From a virus (lineage: Duplodnaviria; Caudoviricetes): a stretch of DNA of 64,000 nucleotides. The notes under the pieces are model-generated. The model did not search any database. It saw only the letters and a program-made list of their open reading frames with translations, and was not told the origin of the DNA. A program made the translations under genes and the position numbers. This document shows positions 29,190 to 39,671 of the stretch, one piece after another. The stretch's first letter is position 1. Every line of letters starts with the position of its first letter. Location: positions 224,001 to 288,000 of the IMG/VR virus record IMGVR_UViG_3300015615_000196; one strand, given 5' to 3'.

Positions 29190-30179
29190 ATGTCGAAATA
29201 CGATGACTTAGCTGGTTTGTTCAGACGCATCTTCTCTGAGGTTCAGAATGAAGGTAGTTCACAAATTCAGGTGAATTGTCCTCGGTGTCAGGAGAGAGAT
29301 AATCTTGATGAACCCGATGGTAAGTTCAACTTGGAAATCAATTTGGACAAACACATGTTCCGTTGCTGGAAATGTGACGAACCAAAGTTTTCTGGCCGTA
29401 GTCTTGAATACTTAATTAAACTTTTCGGTGGGAAGGACGAACTTGAGGAATACAAGCAGGTTCGTGAAGACTACTTCGACATGTTTAATGATGAAGAGAA
29501 GTCCGAAGAGGAAGAAAAGGAAGTCGCAGTAAATCTACCGGATGAATTCATTCCATTCTCTTCAATGGATGAAGACGATCCACAGCATCTTGAAGCATAC
29601 CGCTATCTGGTATTTGATCGTAAGATACCACGAGACATCATGTTCAAGTATAGACTTGGATTTTGTGTTACTGGTCGATTCAAGAACAGAGTGGTCATCC
29701 CTTCATTCGATAAGAATGGAAAGCTGAATTACTTTGTAGCAAGAACGTGGATAAAGGGTGTTAAACCAACGTATTTGAATCCTAAAGTAGAGAAAGGTAA
29801 GTTCATCTACAATGAAGGATTCATAAATTGGGATGCTCCGGTGTATTTAGTAGAAGGGGGATTCGAAGAACTTAGTTTCCCTGTCAATGCAATCCCTTTG
29901 TTGGGTAAAGTAATCGGAGAGAAATTATTTTTCGAACTAAAGGACAAAAAACCGGAAATAATCGTTATATTAGACCCGGATGCAGTAAAGGATGCGATAC
30001 GACTTTACGAACAATTACAAGGTATCTATTACGACTGCACAGAAAAAGTAAAAATAATCATCATGGAGGGAAAGCATGATTTAGACGAAGTAAAGAGAAA
30101 CTTCGATGTAGAGGGTGTCAAGAAAGTCATCCAATCTGCACGGTATTTGAATGATCTTGATTACTTACGTCTCAAATAA
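29190..30179 (+). CDS. DNA primase (DnaG-like, Zn ribbon + TOPRIM)
   Basis: CPRC...CWKC; NRVVIPSF..G.LNYFVAR; LVEGGFE; LDPDA. Confidence 0.85.
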   Translation: MSKYDDLAGLFRRIFSEVQNEGSSQIQVNCPRCQERDNLDEPDGKFNLEINLDKHMFRCWKCDEPKFSGRSLEYLIKLFGGKDELEEYKQVREDYFDMFNDEEKSEEEEKEVAVNLPDEFIPFSSMDEDDPQHLEAYRYLVFDRKIPRDIMFKYRLGFCVTGRFKNRVVIPSFDKNGKLNYFVARTWIKGVKPTYLNPKVEKGKFIYNEGFINWDAPVYLVEGGFEELSFPVNAIPLLGKVIGEKLFFELKDKKPEIIVILDPDAVKDAIRLYEQLQGIYYDCTEKVKIIIMEGKHDLDEVKRNFDVEGVKKVIQSARYLNDLDYLRLK

Positions 30180-30203
30180 TCTAAGATGGTATGAGAGATT
30201 TTA

Positions 30204-30776
30204 ATGACTCAAGAAGAAGACAATATTCTGATTGAACAAATCATAAAGAGCAACGATCAAAAGGCTTCAAACAAACTATACAACTGGTACTATAAAGAGG
30301 TAAAGAACCACATCAAAAAGAAGTTTGGCAAAAAACTTTCATCGGACGATGTGGATGATTTGAGTTCAGACGCAATCAGTAAAAGTTTTATAAACCTTAC
30401 TGCATTTGACGCAAACAAGTCGAGTTTCAAAACTTGGCTGTATACGATAGCCGAGAATTTAGCAATTGACCATTCACGTAAACTTGAGAATCGAGTTGAT
30501 CGTGTACATTATCATTATCTGGAAGAAGCAGAGGATCGAAAGTTCGAACTTCCGGCAACAGATAACTACGAAGAGTCGTTTGCAATACGACAAACGGTAA
30601 AATACGGGACATCAAATCTCGATGAACAGACAACCGATATGATTCAGAAGAAATATGTTGAAGGATACTCCCACAATGAGATCGGAGAGTTGTATTCTCT
30701 CACCAGTTCTACGGTTTCCAATAAGATCAACTATGCCAAAAGCAAGATCAGGAACAAGATCGGAAAGCTGAAATAA
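30204..30776 (+). CDS. ECF-type RNA polymerase sigma factor
   Basis: Region 2 DDL...SSFKTWLYTIAENLAIDHSRK; region 4 EGYSHNEIGELYSLTSSTVSNKINYAK. Confidence 0.9.
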   Translation: MTQEEDNILIEQIIKSNDQKASNKLYNWYYKEVKNHIKKKFGKKLSSDDVDDLSSDAISKSFINLTAFDANKSSFKTWLYTIAENLAIDHSRKLENRVDRVHYHYLEEAEDRKFELPATDNYEESFAIRQTVKYGTSNLDEQTTDMIQKKYVEGYSHNEIGELYSLTSSTVSNKINYAKSKIRNKIGKLK

Positions 30777-30800
30777 ACACATAAAGGAGTATTTATTTTT

Positions 30801-31928
30801 ATGGATATAGAAAAGTACCGTAAGCTAAAAGAAGAGATCAGAAACAAGAGTTTTGAGAAAAAATACACTACTGTTGACTGGATTCTCTACTATGCCTCAT
30901 TCTTTGGTAATATAGCATCAATTTTCTTCGCATTTTTCCTTTGGTTTCCATCCCTTTTAAAGACGATAACCCTACACGTAGCTGATAATAGCCTTACATA
31001 CGGTATTGCCGTTCTAAGCACCATTATCTTGCTCACATTGGTTGAATTTTTAAAACGTGGGATACTCGGTATTTTTTCATCGGAGTTCATTGAAGCCAAA
31101 ATGAGAATTGCCACCCGATCAATATTTGGGTTGTTTGTTTTCAGTCTTGGTATTCTTGCATTGAGTTTTTACTTCTCCATTAACGGAGCAATTGAGTTCT
31201 CAAAGACCAGTGGTAAGACCAACATAGCAGTGGAAGCCAGTAGTAAGGCAATGCTCGATAGTTTGGTGAAGGTAAATGAAAGAGAGAAGCGTCCGATTCA
31301 AGAAGAACTTACTTCGTTACGTGAATCGAACAAGAACATACGTCAGAAGCGTGATGATACTCCACTTGAACAACGTACTGCCCGTTATCAATACAATGTG
31401 TTGATTAACGAGAATGAAAAACTGATTGCTGAGAATACAAAGAAACTGGAAGCACTTGAGAAGGGATTTCAGACCGACATCATTAAACTCAAATCAGAAG
31501 AATCAAAAACTAAAGAAGAAAATGTGAAGGGCGATGAAAGCAATGTTTTACTGTTCTTGCTCGTCTCTACTTTCATCGAAGTGATCATCGTAATTGGTGT
31601 GTACTTTCGACAACTTTATATTCACCGTGCATTCTACGAAGCCGAGCAAAAACTTGAGCCATTGGTAAGAAAACGAGACAAGTATGAAACACTACTTCGT
31701 ATTGTCTACAAGAATGGTGAGGTAAAACAAGATGAACAAATTATCAGTCTCACCAAACTTACTGAAATCGTGAGAACGAAGGGTGCTGCATTCACACCAA
31801 AGCACGTAAAAGACTTCTATACTGAAATGACCCACTTGGGTGCATTCAAAATTGCTGCAAATAAACGCTGGACTTTGGTTTCTTATGACGAAGCTAAAAA
31901 ACTCATTACAAGCCTCGAAAATCTATAA
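30801..31928 (+). CDS. membrane protein with coiled coil
   Basis: Three N-terminal hydrophobic helices, long coiled coil, fourth TM helix. Confidence 0.65.
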   Translation: MDIEKYRKLKEEIRNKSFEKKYTTVDWILYYASFFGNIASIFFAFFLWFPSLLKTITLHVADNSLTYGIAVLSTIILLTLVEFLKRGILGIFSSEFIEAKMRIATRSIFGLFVFSLGILALSFYFSINGAIEFSKTSGKTNIAVEASSKAMLDSLVKVNEREKRPIQEELTSLRESNKNIRQKRDDTPLEQRTARYQYNVLINENEKLIAENTKKLEALEKGFQTDIIKLKSEESKTKEENVKGDESNVLLFLLVSTFIEVIIVIGVYFRQLYIHRAFYEAEQKLEPLVRKRDKYETLLRIVYKNGEVKQDEQIISLTKLTEIVRTKGAAFTPKHVKDFYTEMTHLGAFKIAANKRWTLVSYDEAKKLITSLENL

Positions 31929-31975
31929 TTAATCGCGTTTTGTTTCTGTATTTATAAAGAAACAGAGACGAAACA

Positions 31976-34900
31976 ATGAGCAATAATCGAAGTGCTTTTG
32001 AGGCAATTCCGGGTAAGGATGCGCTTGTAGAATATCAAAACAAAGCATATCCCGCAAAATCATACGTGGAAAGGGATGGTTTGGTTTACAAGTCGTTGAC
32101 CGGAACATCAACCACATTCCTAAGTACACAATGGGAATTAATCGCTGACTTACGTGAAGTAAGAGTTGCAAATATCAAGGATCGTAATGCCTTGACTGGC
32201 TATACAGCCACTACTGGTACAACAGGTATTCGTATTCCAATTCTGGATAATACCAATGTACTTGTGTTAAATGCTGCTGGCGATCCGCAAGTTGGGGTTA
32301 ATAATTTTGCTCGTTACAATTATAATCAAACAACTACAAGCTGGCTTCTATTGCAAGTTGGCACTGGTGCAACAAATTCGAATGTAAATAACTATCAATT
32401 ACTTACAAATAAACCTGCTGTTGTCAGTGGAGTCACTGTCACGGCTGGTAATGGTTTAACTGGTGGAGGAAGTGTGTTCGGTACAGCATCTGCGCCCTAT
32501 GCTGCTGGTGGTACAATTAATGTTTCACATGCTGACACATCTTCGCAAGGAAATATCGTAGGTTCAGGATATGCATATATTCAAACCTTACGTTTCGATA
32601 CTTTTGGCCACGTAACCGGAGCAACTTCAAGTACATGGGTTCATCCAACTGGATTAACACAAAATTTTTCAAACACAGGATACACGTACATTCAAAGTGT
32701 TCAAGTTAACAACGGACACGTTACAAGTGTAAGTCCTTCAACATGGGTTCACCCGGATACCTCAACACAGGCCAATTCAGTAAACTCTGGAAATGTTTTC
32801 ATTCAAAGCATTTATGTTGATGGTGCTGGTCACGTAACAAATATCACAACTGGTACGGCTGGTGGTGGAGGTGGTGGTGGATCACCACTTAAAGTTAATG
32901 GTGATAGTGGTGGTTTGATTACCATGAATAGTGGTGGTACGTTAACCATTTCAGGTGGAACAAACATTGCAACTGTAAGAACAGGTAACGTAAACAATAC
33001 AGGCATAAGAATAAACCTTAATCCGGCAGGTACAACAAATCAAGTACAATACAATAGTGGTTCTGGCTTGGGTGCAAGTGCAAACTTTGTATTCAGTGCT
33101 GGCACAAGCACGTTGAGATCAAGTAACTACGTAGTAGGTTCAACGCCAACATCTGGTACTACATCAGATCAAATACTTACAAGAAATTCTGGAAGTGGTG
33201 CTGTACAAAGATTAAGTATCAATACAGTTTTAGCACAATTAGCGGTAAACAATGGTCTTACCAAGAGTTTTAACAATGTTAGATTAGGTGGAACACTCAC
33301 TGGTAACACATCAATTGCCGGAGCATTTGGTCTTAATCTTACGGCTGGTTATTTAACTGTAGGTGCACGATCAGGTAGTACTGGAACGAATTCATTAAGT
33401 ATTGGTCAAGGCAATTTAGTTAGTGGGCAATATAGTGCATCATTTGGTGCATCTAATAAAGCTACTGGTCAATATGCCATAAGTTCAGGGGCAAATTCAG
33501 AAGCGACTGGTGATCAGAGTTCAGCATTTGGTTGGGGAGCAATTGCATCCGGTATGGGCGCACATGCATCTGGCTTCGGTAATGGTGTTGGTAAAGGAGT
33601 GCTTGCACAAGGAAACTTCTCATTTAATCATTCATTTAATCACAACGTAAATCAAACTGCTGGTCATGGTGCACTTGCAGACGCATCAGCAATTCTTGGT
33701 GGTCGTGATCATAATATTGATGCAACAAATACAAATGCAGCAATTGTTGGTGGTGACACAATTAAATTACCTGCTGGTTATGGTAACTTTACTGCCGTAG
33801 GTAATCTCGCAATTTGGACAGCACCTGCAACAAATAACACGGACGATCTTCTTGTATATAATGCAACAACGAAGAAAATTGAGAAAACAACCAGAGCATC
33901 TATTGTGGGTGGTGGTACACCGCCAGCAGGATCGAATACACAGGTTCAATTTAATAATAGTGGTGCGTTTGGTGCATCTGCTAATCTAACGTTCACAACT
34001 GGCACAAATACTTTGTTGTCAACAAACATTAATGTTGGTACAACACTTACCTTAGCATCTAACCCTGCATCTGGTACAACAGGAGACCAAATACTTACAA
34101 GAAATTCTGGTACTGGTATCGTACAAAGATTATCATTAAGTGCAATTGCTGGACTTCCATTAAATGCAATACAATATAGAACTGTTACCGGATTCGGTGG
34201 TGACGCAAATTGGATTTTTGATCCAACAAATGATGCGATCACTTTAGGTACAAGAGCGGGTGGTACTGTGGGATTAAACAGTGCAACATTTGGTACAAGC
34301 AATCTTGCTTCTGGTGCAACATCTTTTGTTGTTGGTACAAGTTCAATTGCTGGCGCAAATGCGATTGCAATGGGTGTGTCGGTCACAGCAACGGGTCAAT
34401 ATTCGTCTGCATTTGGTCAACAAACTGTTGCAAGCGGACAATATTCATTTGCAGAAGGTGTTGGTAGTGTCGCTTCCGGTGGATTTGGTTCACATGCAGA
34501 AGGTACAAGAACAACTGCAAGTGGTAATGCTGCTCACGCAGGTGGTTATGGACAAAATGCAACATTAACACTTCTCGCATCTGGCTTTGCTGCATTCAAT
34601 CACTCACAGACAACGCCATCACAAACAACTGGTCATGGTGCATTAGCAAACGGATCAGCAATTCTTGGTGGACAAGATCATAACATTGCAGTTGGTAATA
34701 CTAATGCGGCAATTATTGGTGGCACAGCAATTAAGTTAACTGGCACAACATACATTGATCATACAGCAGTTGCAAATTTAGCAATCATGTCAACGCCTGT
34801 AACTGGTATTGCTGCGGATGATGTTCTTGTAAGAAGTTCGACAACAGGCAGAATCAGAACAGTAACTCAAGCATCATTAAGTGGTGGTGGAGGTGGTTCA

Positions 34901-36799
34901 CCGGGTGGTGCAAATACGCAAATCCAATATAACAATTCAGGCGCATTTGGGGGTTCGGCTGAATTAACATTTGTGCCGGGAGTTCTTAGAACACCTGTTG
35001 GTATTAGACTTTCAGATAATGCCACTGCTGGTAATAGAATGCTTATTGCAGAAAGCAGTACATTGGGTAATGCATTTAGAATTTACAATAGAGTAGGTAG
35101 TGTTCTTATATCTGGTGGTACAAGTACAACTGCAACACAAGCATATCCTGTAACAATTCAGGGGGGGACAAACACATCAACAGGTCAACAAGGTAATGTA
35201 GTTATTCAAGGTGGTGGTGTGTTTTTTAGCACAACATCGCAAGGTGGGGATGTTCAAATTCAAGGTGGCCCAACAAACAGTGCATCACAAGCAGGTAATG
35301 TTAGCATAAACGGTGGTAGTAATACAAGCACAGGTGCAAATGGTAACGTAAATATTACTGGTGCTGGTGGTACAGGACAAGGTGGTTCGGTCAACCTTAG
35401 TGCAGGTCAAGCATCATCGGGTAATCCGGGGATTATTTCAATCAATGCTGGTAATTCAGCAGGATCAAATGCAATTCAAGCTGGTCGTGTTGATATTAAT
35501 GGTGGTATTGCTTTCAGTACAGCAGCAAAAGGTGGTAATGTCAACATTAAGGGTGGTGCAAATGTATCGACAAATATTTCTGGTGATGTAAATATCACTG
35601 GTGGACAAACTAATGGTTCAGGTGCGGCAGGATATGTGAATATTCGTGCTGGTGAAAACAGCAGTTCAGTTGCAAAAGGAGTGGTACGAATTGTTGGTGG
35701 TGATTCGAGTACAAACGCCTATGGTCTTATCATCAGTGGCGAATCAAATACTGGTACTGGACAAGCTGGATCAGTTGTGCTTCAAGCTGGAACGTATACA
35801 AGCACATCATCAACTGGTGGTTATGTAAAATTATTTGGAGGTGGAACACCAACAAGTAAAGTTGTTATTGGAGGTGGAAATACTGCTTCTGGACAAGTGG
35901 GACACGTTATTATCAGTGGAGGTACAAGTTTTAGTAACGGTGCTGGTGGTAATGTAAACGTATTTGGCGGTTATAACGCTAATGCTACAGGTAATGGTGG
36001 TAACGCAAATATAACTGGTGGTACTGCTATTGGTAACGGTGTTGGTGGTAATGTGAATATTACAGCAGGTGCAACTAATTCTTCTGCATCACATAATGGT
36101 GGTAATGTAAACATCACTGGTGGTAGAACGCTTGGATCGGGTACTGGACAAGGCGGTAACGTAGTTATTCAAGGTGGACAAGGTAATTTTTTACACGGTA
36201 ATACGACAATTAAAGGTGTTGATGCTGCTACAAGTGTAAGTGCAAGTCATGTTTTTATTAATGGTGGTGGTAATTCAGGTGTTGCTGGTGTTGCTGCTGG
36301 TAATGTTATTGTCTCAGGTGGTCAAAATACTTCTGGCACGGGGCCGGGAACTGTCACTATAAATGGTGGTAGTTCAAATAACACAATTGGTGGTTTTGTT
36401 ACAATTCAAGGTGGTCAAACTACATCAGCAACCGCAGTTAAAGCAGGAGCAGTTAATATTATTGGTGGTACTTCATCAACATCACAAGCATCTGGTGGTA
36501 ATGTAGTAGTTCAAGGTGGTGGTAGAAACGTTGTTGGTACAAATACTAATGGTGATGTGACAATAAATGGTGGTGGTACTTTATTTGGTGACACTGCCGT
36601 AGGGAATGTTTATATCAACAATCAGAAATTTTCAGTTGTGCTTGGTGCAACTAATGGTAATGGTGTAATGCACATTGGTCACGCTTCAATTCTTCCATCC
36701 GCAGGGCCATCAAGTGGTGCAATCATATATTTCGATGGTACGTCAGGTAATTTGAAGGTTTGGAAAGCAGGTGCAGGTGCACCAGTTACATTAGCATAA
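31976..36799 (+). CDS. long Gly-rich tail fibre / adhesin-like protein
   Basis: 1607 aa; YadA-head-like AxGxxSxAxG repeats, QVQ(Y/F)N..GAFG modules, many GGNVNITGG-type repeats. Confidence 0.75.
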   Translation: MSNNRSAFEAIPGKDALVEYQNKAYPAKSYVERDGLVYKSLTGTSTTFLSTQWELIADLREVRVANIKDRNALTGYTATTGTTGIRIPILDNTNVLVLNAAGDPQVGVNNFARYNYNQTTTSWLLLQVGTGATNSNVNNYQLLTNKPAVVSGVTVTAGNGLTGGGSVFGTASAPYAAGGTINVSHADTSSQGNIVGSGYAYIQTLRFDTFGHVTGATSSTWVHPTGLTQNFSNTGYTYIQSVQVNNGHVTSVSPSTWVHPDTSTQANSVNSGNVFIQSIYVDGAGHVTNITTGTAGGGGGGGSPLKVNGDSGGLITMNSGGTLTISGGTNIATVRTGNVNNTGIRINLNPAGTTNQVQYNSGSGLGASANFVFSAGTSTLRSSNYVVGSTPTSGTTSDQILTRNSGSGAVQRLSINTVLAQLAVNNGLTKSFNNVRLGGTLTGNTSIAGAFGLNLTAGYLTVGARSGSTGTNSLSIGQGNLVSGQYSASFGASNKATGQYAISSGANSEATGDQSSAFGWGAIASGMGAHASGFGNGVGKGVLAQGNFSFNHSFNHNVNQTAGHGALADASAILGGRDHNIDATNTNAAIVGGDTIKLPAGYGNFTAVGNLAIWTAPATNNTDDLLVYNATTKKIEKTTRASIVGGGTPPAGSNTQVQFNNSGAFGASANLTFTTGTNTLLSTNINVGTTLTLASNPASGTTGDQILTRNSGTGIVQRLSLSAIAGLPLNAIQYRTVTGFGGDANWIFDPTNDAITLGTRAGGTVGLNSATFGTSNLASGATSFVVGTSSIAGANAIAMGVSVTATGQYSSAFGQQTVASGQYSFAEGVGSVASGGFGSHAEGTRTTASGNAAHAGGYGQNATLTLLASGFAAFNHSQTTPSQTTGHGALANGSAILGGQDHNIAVGNTNAAIIGGTAIKLTGTTYIDHTAVANLAIMSTPVTGIAADDVLVRSSTTGRIRTVTQASLSGGGGGSPGGANTQIQYNNSGAFGGSAELTFVPGVLRTPVGIRLSDNATAGNRMLIAESSTLGNAFRIYNRVGSVLISGGTSTTATQAYPVTIQGGTNTSTGQQGNVVIQGGGVFFSTTSQGGDVQIQGGPTNSASQAGNVSINGGSNTSTGANGNVNITGAGGTGQGGSVNLSAGQASSGNPGIISINAGNSAGSNAIQAGRVDINGGIAFSTAAKGGNVNIKGGANVSTNISGDVNITGGQTNGSGAAGYVNIRAGENSSSVAKGVVRIVGGDSSTNAYGLIISGESNTGTGQAGSVVLQAGTYTSTSSTGGYVKLFGGGTPTSKVVIGGGNTASGQVGHVIISGGTSFSNGAGGNVNVFGGYNANATGNGGNANITGGTAIGNGVGGNVNITAGATNSSASHNGGNVNITGGRTLGSGTGQGGNVVIQGGQGNFLHGNTTIKGVDAATSVSASHVFINGGGNSGVAGVAAGNVIVSGGQNTSGTGPGTVTINGGSSNNTIGGFVTIQGGQTTSATAVKAGAVNIIGGTSSTSQASGGNVVVQGGGRNVVGTNTNGDVTINGGGTLFGDTAVGNVYINNQKFSVVLGATNGNGVMHIGHASILPSAGPSSGAIIYFDGTSGNLKVWKAGAGAPVTLA

Positions 36800-36811
36800 C
36801 AATAAAAAACC

Positions 36812-37786
36812 ATGAGTAAGAAAAAAACTAAGGTTAACAAAAGAGGTCTCATTATTTCTGGTGGTGGTGCATTTGGTGCATACGGAGTTGGTACGCTTGC
36901 TGCATTGAACAAAGATTACGATGTGGTTGCAGGAATATCAACAGGTGCACTCATGGCCCCTCTTGTCTCATTAAAAAAATGGGATGTGTTAAAAGAGGCA
37001 TATACCTCTGTGACTGACAAAAAGATTTTTGATAAAAAATGGTATCGTCCACATGTCTTCACCAAGAAGGGTAGCTTAAACGTGTTCTCTGTTTTGTATG
37101 TGTTGATTAATCGTATTTTTGGAAGAAGTAATGCGACCAATACTCTTGCAACTACTCATAACATGAGAAATTTGATTGAAACATTTGTAACAACTGAGGA
37201 TTACGATACAATTAAGAATAGCAATAGAGAAGTTGTGGTTGCAGCAGTTAACATTAACGAAGTTCCAGCAGCCGTGCATTATTTTTCAAGCGATAACGAA
37301 ACATTTGGTGACTTCAAAGATTGGATGTGGGCATCTGCAAATGCTCCATTTGTTACAACTCTTCTTGAGAAGAAGTGGTTTGACGAAGAAGATCAAAAAG
37401 AATACATGGGAGAGTGGACTGATGGTGGCTTAACTGAGATTGCACCATTTGATTACGTACTTCAAAAGGGAATTAAAGAAGTTGACATCATCATGCATCG
37501 TGCAAAGCCACTTAAAGTAAAGGAACAAAAACTTTGTGAAGACTTTCTTGAAAATATTGAACGTGGTATTGCAGCAATGCGATATGACATTGAATTTGAG
37601 AATGGGAAACTTGAAGAAAAACTTGCAAATTTTGCAACAGAAAATGACGTAAAAATTACTGTTTACTGGTTACCTCGAAGATTAGCAGACAATAGTTTAG
37701 TTTTCGACAAGCAGACAATGCTTGACTGGTATGAAGAAGGATTTAAAACTGCCAAAGACGAAAATCGTATAGAAATTTTCGAATAA
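36812..37786 (+). CDS. patatin-like phospholipase
   Basis: SGGGAFG oxyanion loop, GISTG nucleophile, DGG. Confidence 0.9.
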   Translation: MSKKKTKVNKRGLIISGGGAFGAYGVGTLAALNKDYDVVAGISTGALMAPLVSLKKWDVLKEAYTSVTDKKIFDKKWYRPHVFTKKGSLNVFSVLYVLINRIFGRSNATNTLATTHNMRNLIETFVTTEDYDTIKNSNREVVVAAVNINEVPAAVHYFSSDNETFGDFKDWMWASANAPFVTTLLEKKWFDEEDQKEYMGEWTDGGLTEIAPFDYVLQKGIKEVDIIMHRAKPLKVKEQKLCEDFLENIERGIAAMRYDIEFENGKLEEKLANFATENDVKITVYWLPRRLADNSLVFDKQTMLDWYEEGFKTAKDENRIEIFE

Positions 37787-37830
37787 AAAATCTGCGCAAA
37801 CAATATCGAAAACCCTGATTCAGAGTAAAA

Positions 37831-37853
37831 CCCTGATCATCAGGGCTTTTTTA
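37831..37853 (+). terminator. intrinsic terminator after fibre-patatin operon
   Basis: CCCTGA-TCA-TCAGGG followed by CTTTTTT. Confidence 0.6.
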
Positions 37854-37919
37854 TTTTCGAGAATTCTATTTATCTTTACGTTTATCTTGTAGAGAGATAA
37901 TTTTACAAACTGAATAACT

Positions 37920-38729
37920 ATGAAAAAAACAATCATTTTGACAGGTTTGTTATTGATTTGTTCTTTGATTTCAGATGTTTTCGTACAATCAAGTGCGAAA
38001 GGAAGCGTGACGCAGCGTTCACAAGCTGCAATTGCGCTGGAATCAAAGCCCAAATTTGATTTCAAGCCGAAACAAGAGTTGATTGACTCTGCATTACTCA
38101 AAACAATTTCACTTCCGTTGGATGTGAACTACGTTGAGAAAGTAGACATCAAGATTCTTTACAGAAATGTAAAAGGAACAGTCTATCATGCCGAAGAAAG
38201 CCAGTGCGATAACACGCCACTGATCACAGCAGATAATTCGTTAATTGATACTGCGCATGTGAATGACCTTAGATGGGTAGCTTTAAGTCGTGATTTACTG
38301 AACCGAAAATTCACTGATCCATACGGAAGAAAACATGTATGGGCGGGGAAAATTAAATTAGGGGACACAATTTGGGTAGACTATGACAACAAAGCCCTAT
38401 GGAAACTAACCCATGAACGCCAAAATCCAAAAGACACTGTTGCAGTAAAACGTAACGATGCACGATATGAGAAACTAAAAACAAAATACGAGCAGATCAG
38501 AGGATATTGGATAGTACACGATGTGATGGGTACACAGTACATTAAGCGAACACGAGACGGTAGATTGATACCAGATAAAGATGGAAAGCCACAAACGGTT
38601 TACATCCATACTGCAATCGACTTTCTCCAACATCCCGAACTTGGTATGATGGACGTTTGGGATCGGCACATAATCATCGCGAACAGAAAGGTCACAAAAA
38701 TAACCTTACCCGTAGTAGCAATGAACTAA
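37920..38729 (+). CDS. secreted 3D-domain (MltA-like) cell-wall hydrolase
   Basis: Signal peptide; TVYH...QCDNTPLITAD, VALSRDLL, GDTIWV, IVHDVM, IDFL. Confidence 0.65.
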   Translation: MKKTIILTGLLLICSLISDVFVQSSAKGSVTQRSQAAIALESKPKFDFKPKQELIDSALLKTISLPLDVNYVEKVDIKILYRNVKGTVYHAEESQCDNTPLITADNSLIDTAHVNDLRWVALSRDLLNRKFTDPYGRKHVWAGKIKLGDTIWVDYDNKALWKLTHERQNPKDTVAVKRNDARYEKLKTKYEQIRGYWIVHDVMGTQYIKRTRDGRLIPDKDGKPQTVYIHTAIDFLQHPELGMMDVWDRHIIIANRKVTKITLPVVAMN

Positions 38730-38731
38730 GG

Positions 38732-38980
38732 ATGACTCTACAAAAGATAAACGATAAACTGACACAAGGAATGGTTGCCGTTTTTACGGCAATCGTTCCT
38801 TTGTCTTTACTGACCATTGTGCTCCCGATATTGGGATACGTTGTGGCAGTATTGATTGTGCTACTTGGAATTAGTACAATCGTAAATTTTGTTCTCGGAT
38901 CATACTTGCTTTCTATCCAAATGGCCAAGATGATCGATCAAGTAATGAAGCAACATGAACAGCAACAAGGAAGAGCCTGA
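38732..38980 (+). CDS. small two-TM membrane protein
   Basis: Two hydrophobic segments. Confidence 0.55.
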   Translation: MTLQKINDKLTQGMVAVFTAIVPLSLLTIVLPILGYVVAVLIVLLGISTIVNFVLGSYLLSIQMAKMIDQVMKQHEQQQGRA

Positions 38981-39320
38981 TTTTTTTCAATTGGTCGTTA
39001 ACTTGTTCAAGAAGAAAAAGCCAGTACCACCGCCACAACCTACAGTTGAAGAACTTGCAGAAGAAGCGAAGTGGATAAATACAAAAGCAAAATATTCACT
39101 TGAACATTTCCCAACGCATGGCATTTACTTGGTTCGTTATATGTTCAAAGACCAGTGGTGGTATTTGAGACGTTGGGATGAAGACTATACTCTTGAACGA
39201 GTGAAAGGCAATGCAATCAAAATTCCTGAGTCACCAAATTACGACAAGGATTTTGATTTCATAATCAAACTTCATCAGGAGTGGATTAACGAAGGACACG
39301 TATCGCTCAATTACGATTAA
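38955..39320 (+). CDS. hypothetical protein
   Basis: Coupled ORF. Confidence 0.6.
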   Translation: MNSNKEEPDFFQLVVNLFKKKKPVPPPQPTVEELAEEAKWINTKAKYSLEHFPTHGIYLVRYMFKDQWWYLRRWDEDYTLERVKGNAIKIPESPNYDKDFDFIIKLHQEWINEGHVSLNYD

Positions 39321-39634
39321 TGGATTTACGTTACGAAACCATCAAAGCAAGACTTTCCCTGCTTTCCGGGAGTGAGGTTCAGAGGATTCTGGACAACATA
39401 GATCAGGTCTGTTTCGATGAATTCAATTATGATGCCTCAGAAGGCAAATACTGCCCTCTGGCGATAGCTATGGATTTGCAGCACTTACCCCACCCTACGG
39501 ATTTGAAGGTTAAGGAGGCCATTTCTGTGCGTTTTACGCCTGTAAACGTAATCAAGGGTGTTCCGGGGCAATTCTACACCGATAATCGCAGGGAAGACCT
39601 CATTAATCTTTGTAAAGAAATCTTGGGAAGATAA
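39320..39634 (+). CDS. hypothetical protein
   Basis: Coupled ORF. Confidence 0.6.
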   Translation: MDLRYETIKARLSLLSGSEVQRILDNIDQVCFDEFNYDASEGKYCPLAIAMDLQHLPHPTDLKVKEAISVRFTPVNVIKGVPGQFYTDNRREDLINLCKEILGR

Positions 39635-39635
39635 A

Positions 39636-39661
39636 AACCTTTTTGCTAATATTACGTATAA
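39636..39661 (+). promoter_or_regulatory. ECF-type promoter AAC-N16-CGTATAA
   Basis: One of four exact copies; 10 nt before the CYTH ATG. Confidence 0.7.
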
Positions 39662-39671
39662 TTTCGTGACG

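Noticed and set aside
36812-37786. CBASS CapV effector
   Set aside because: No CD-NTase nearby; context is a late tail operon
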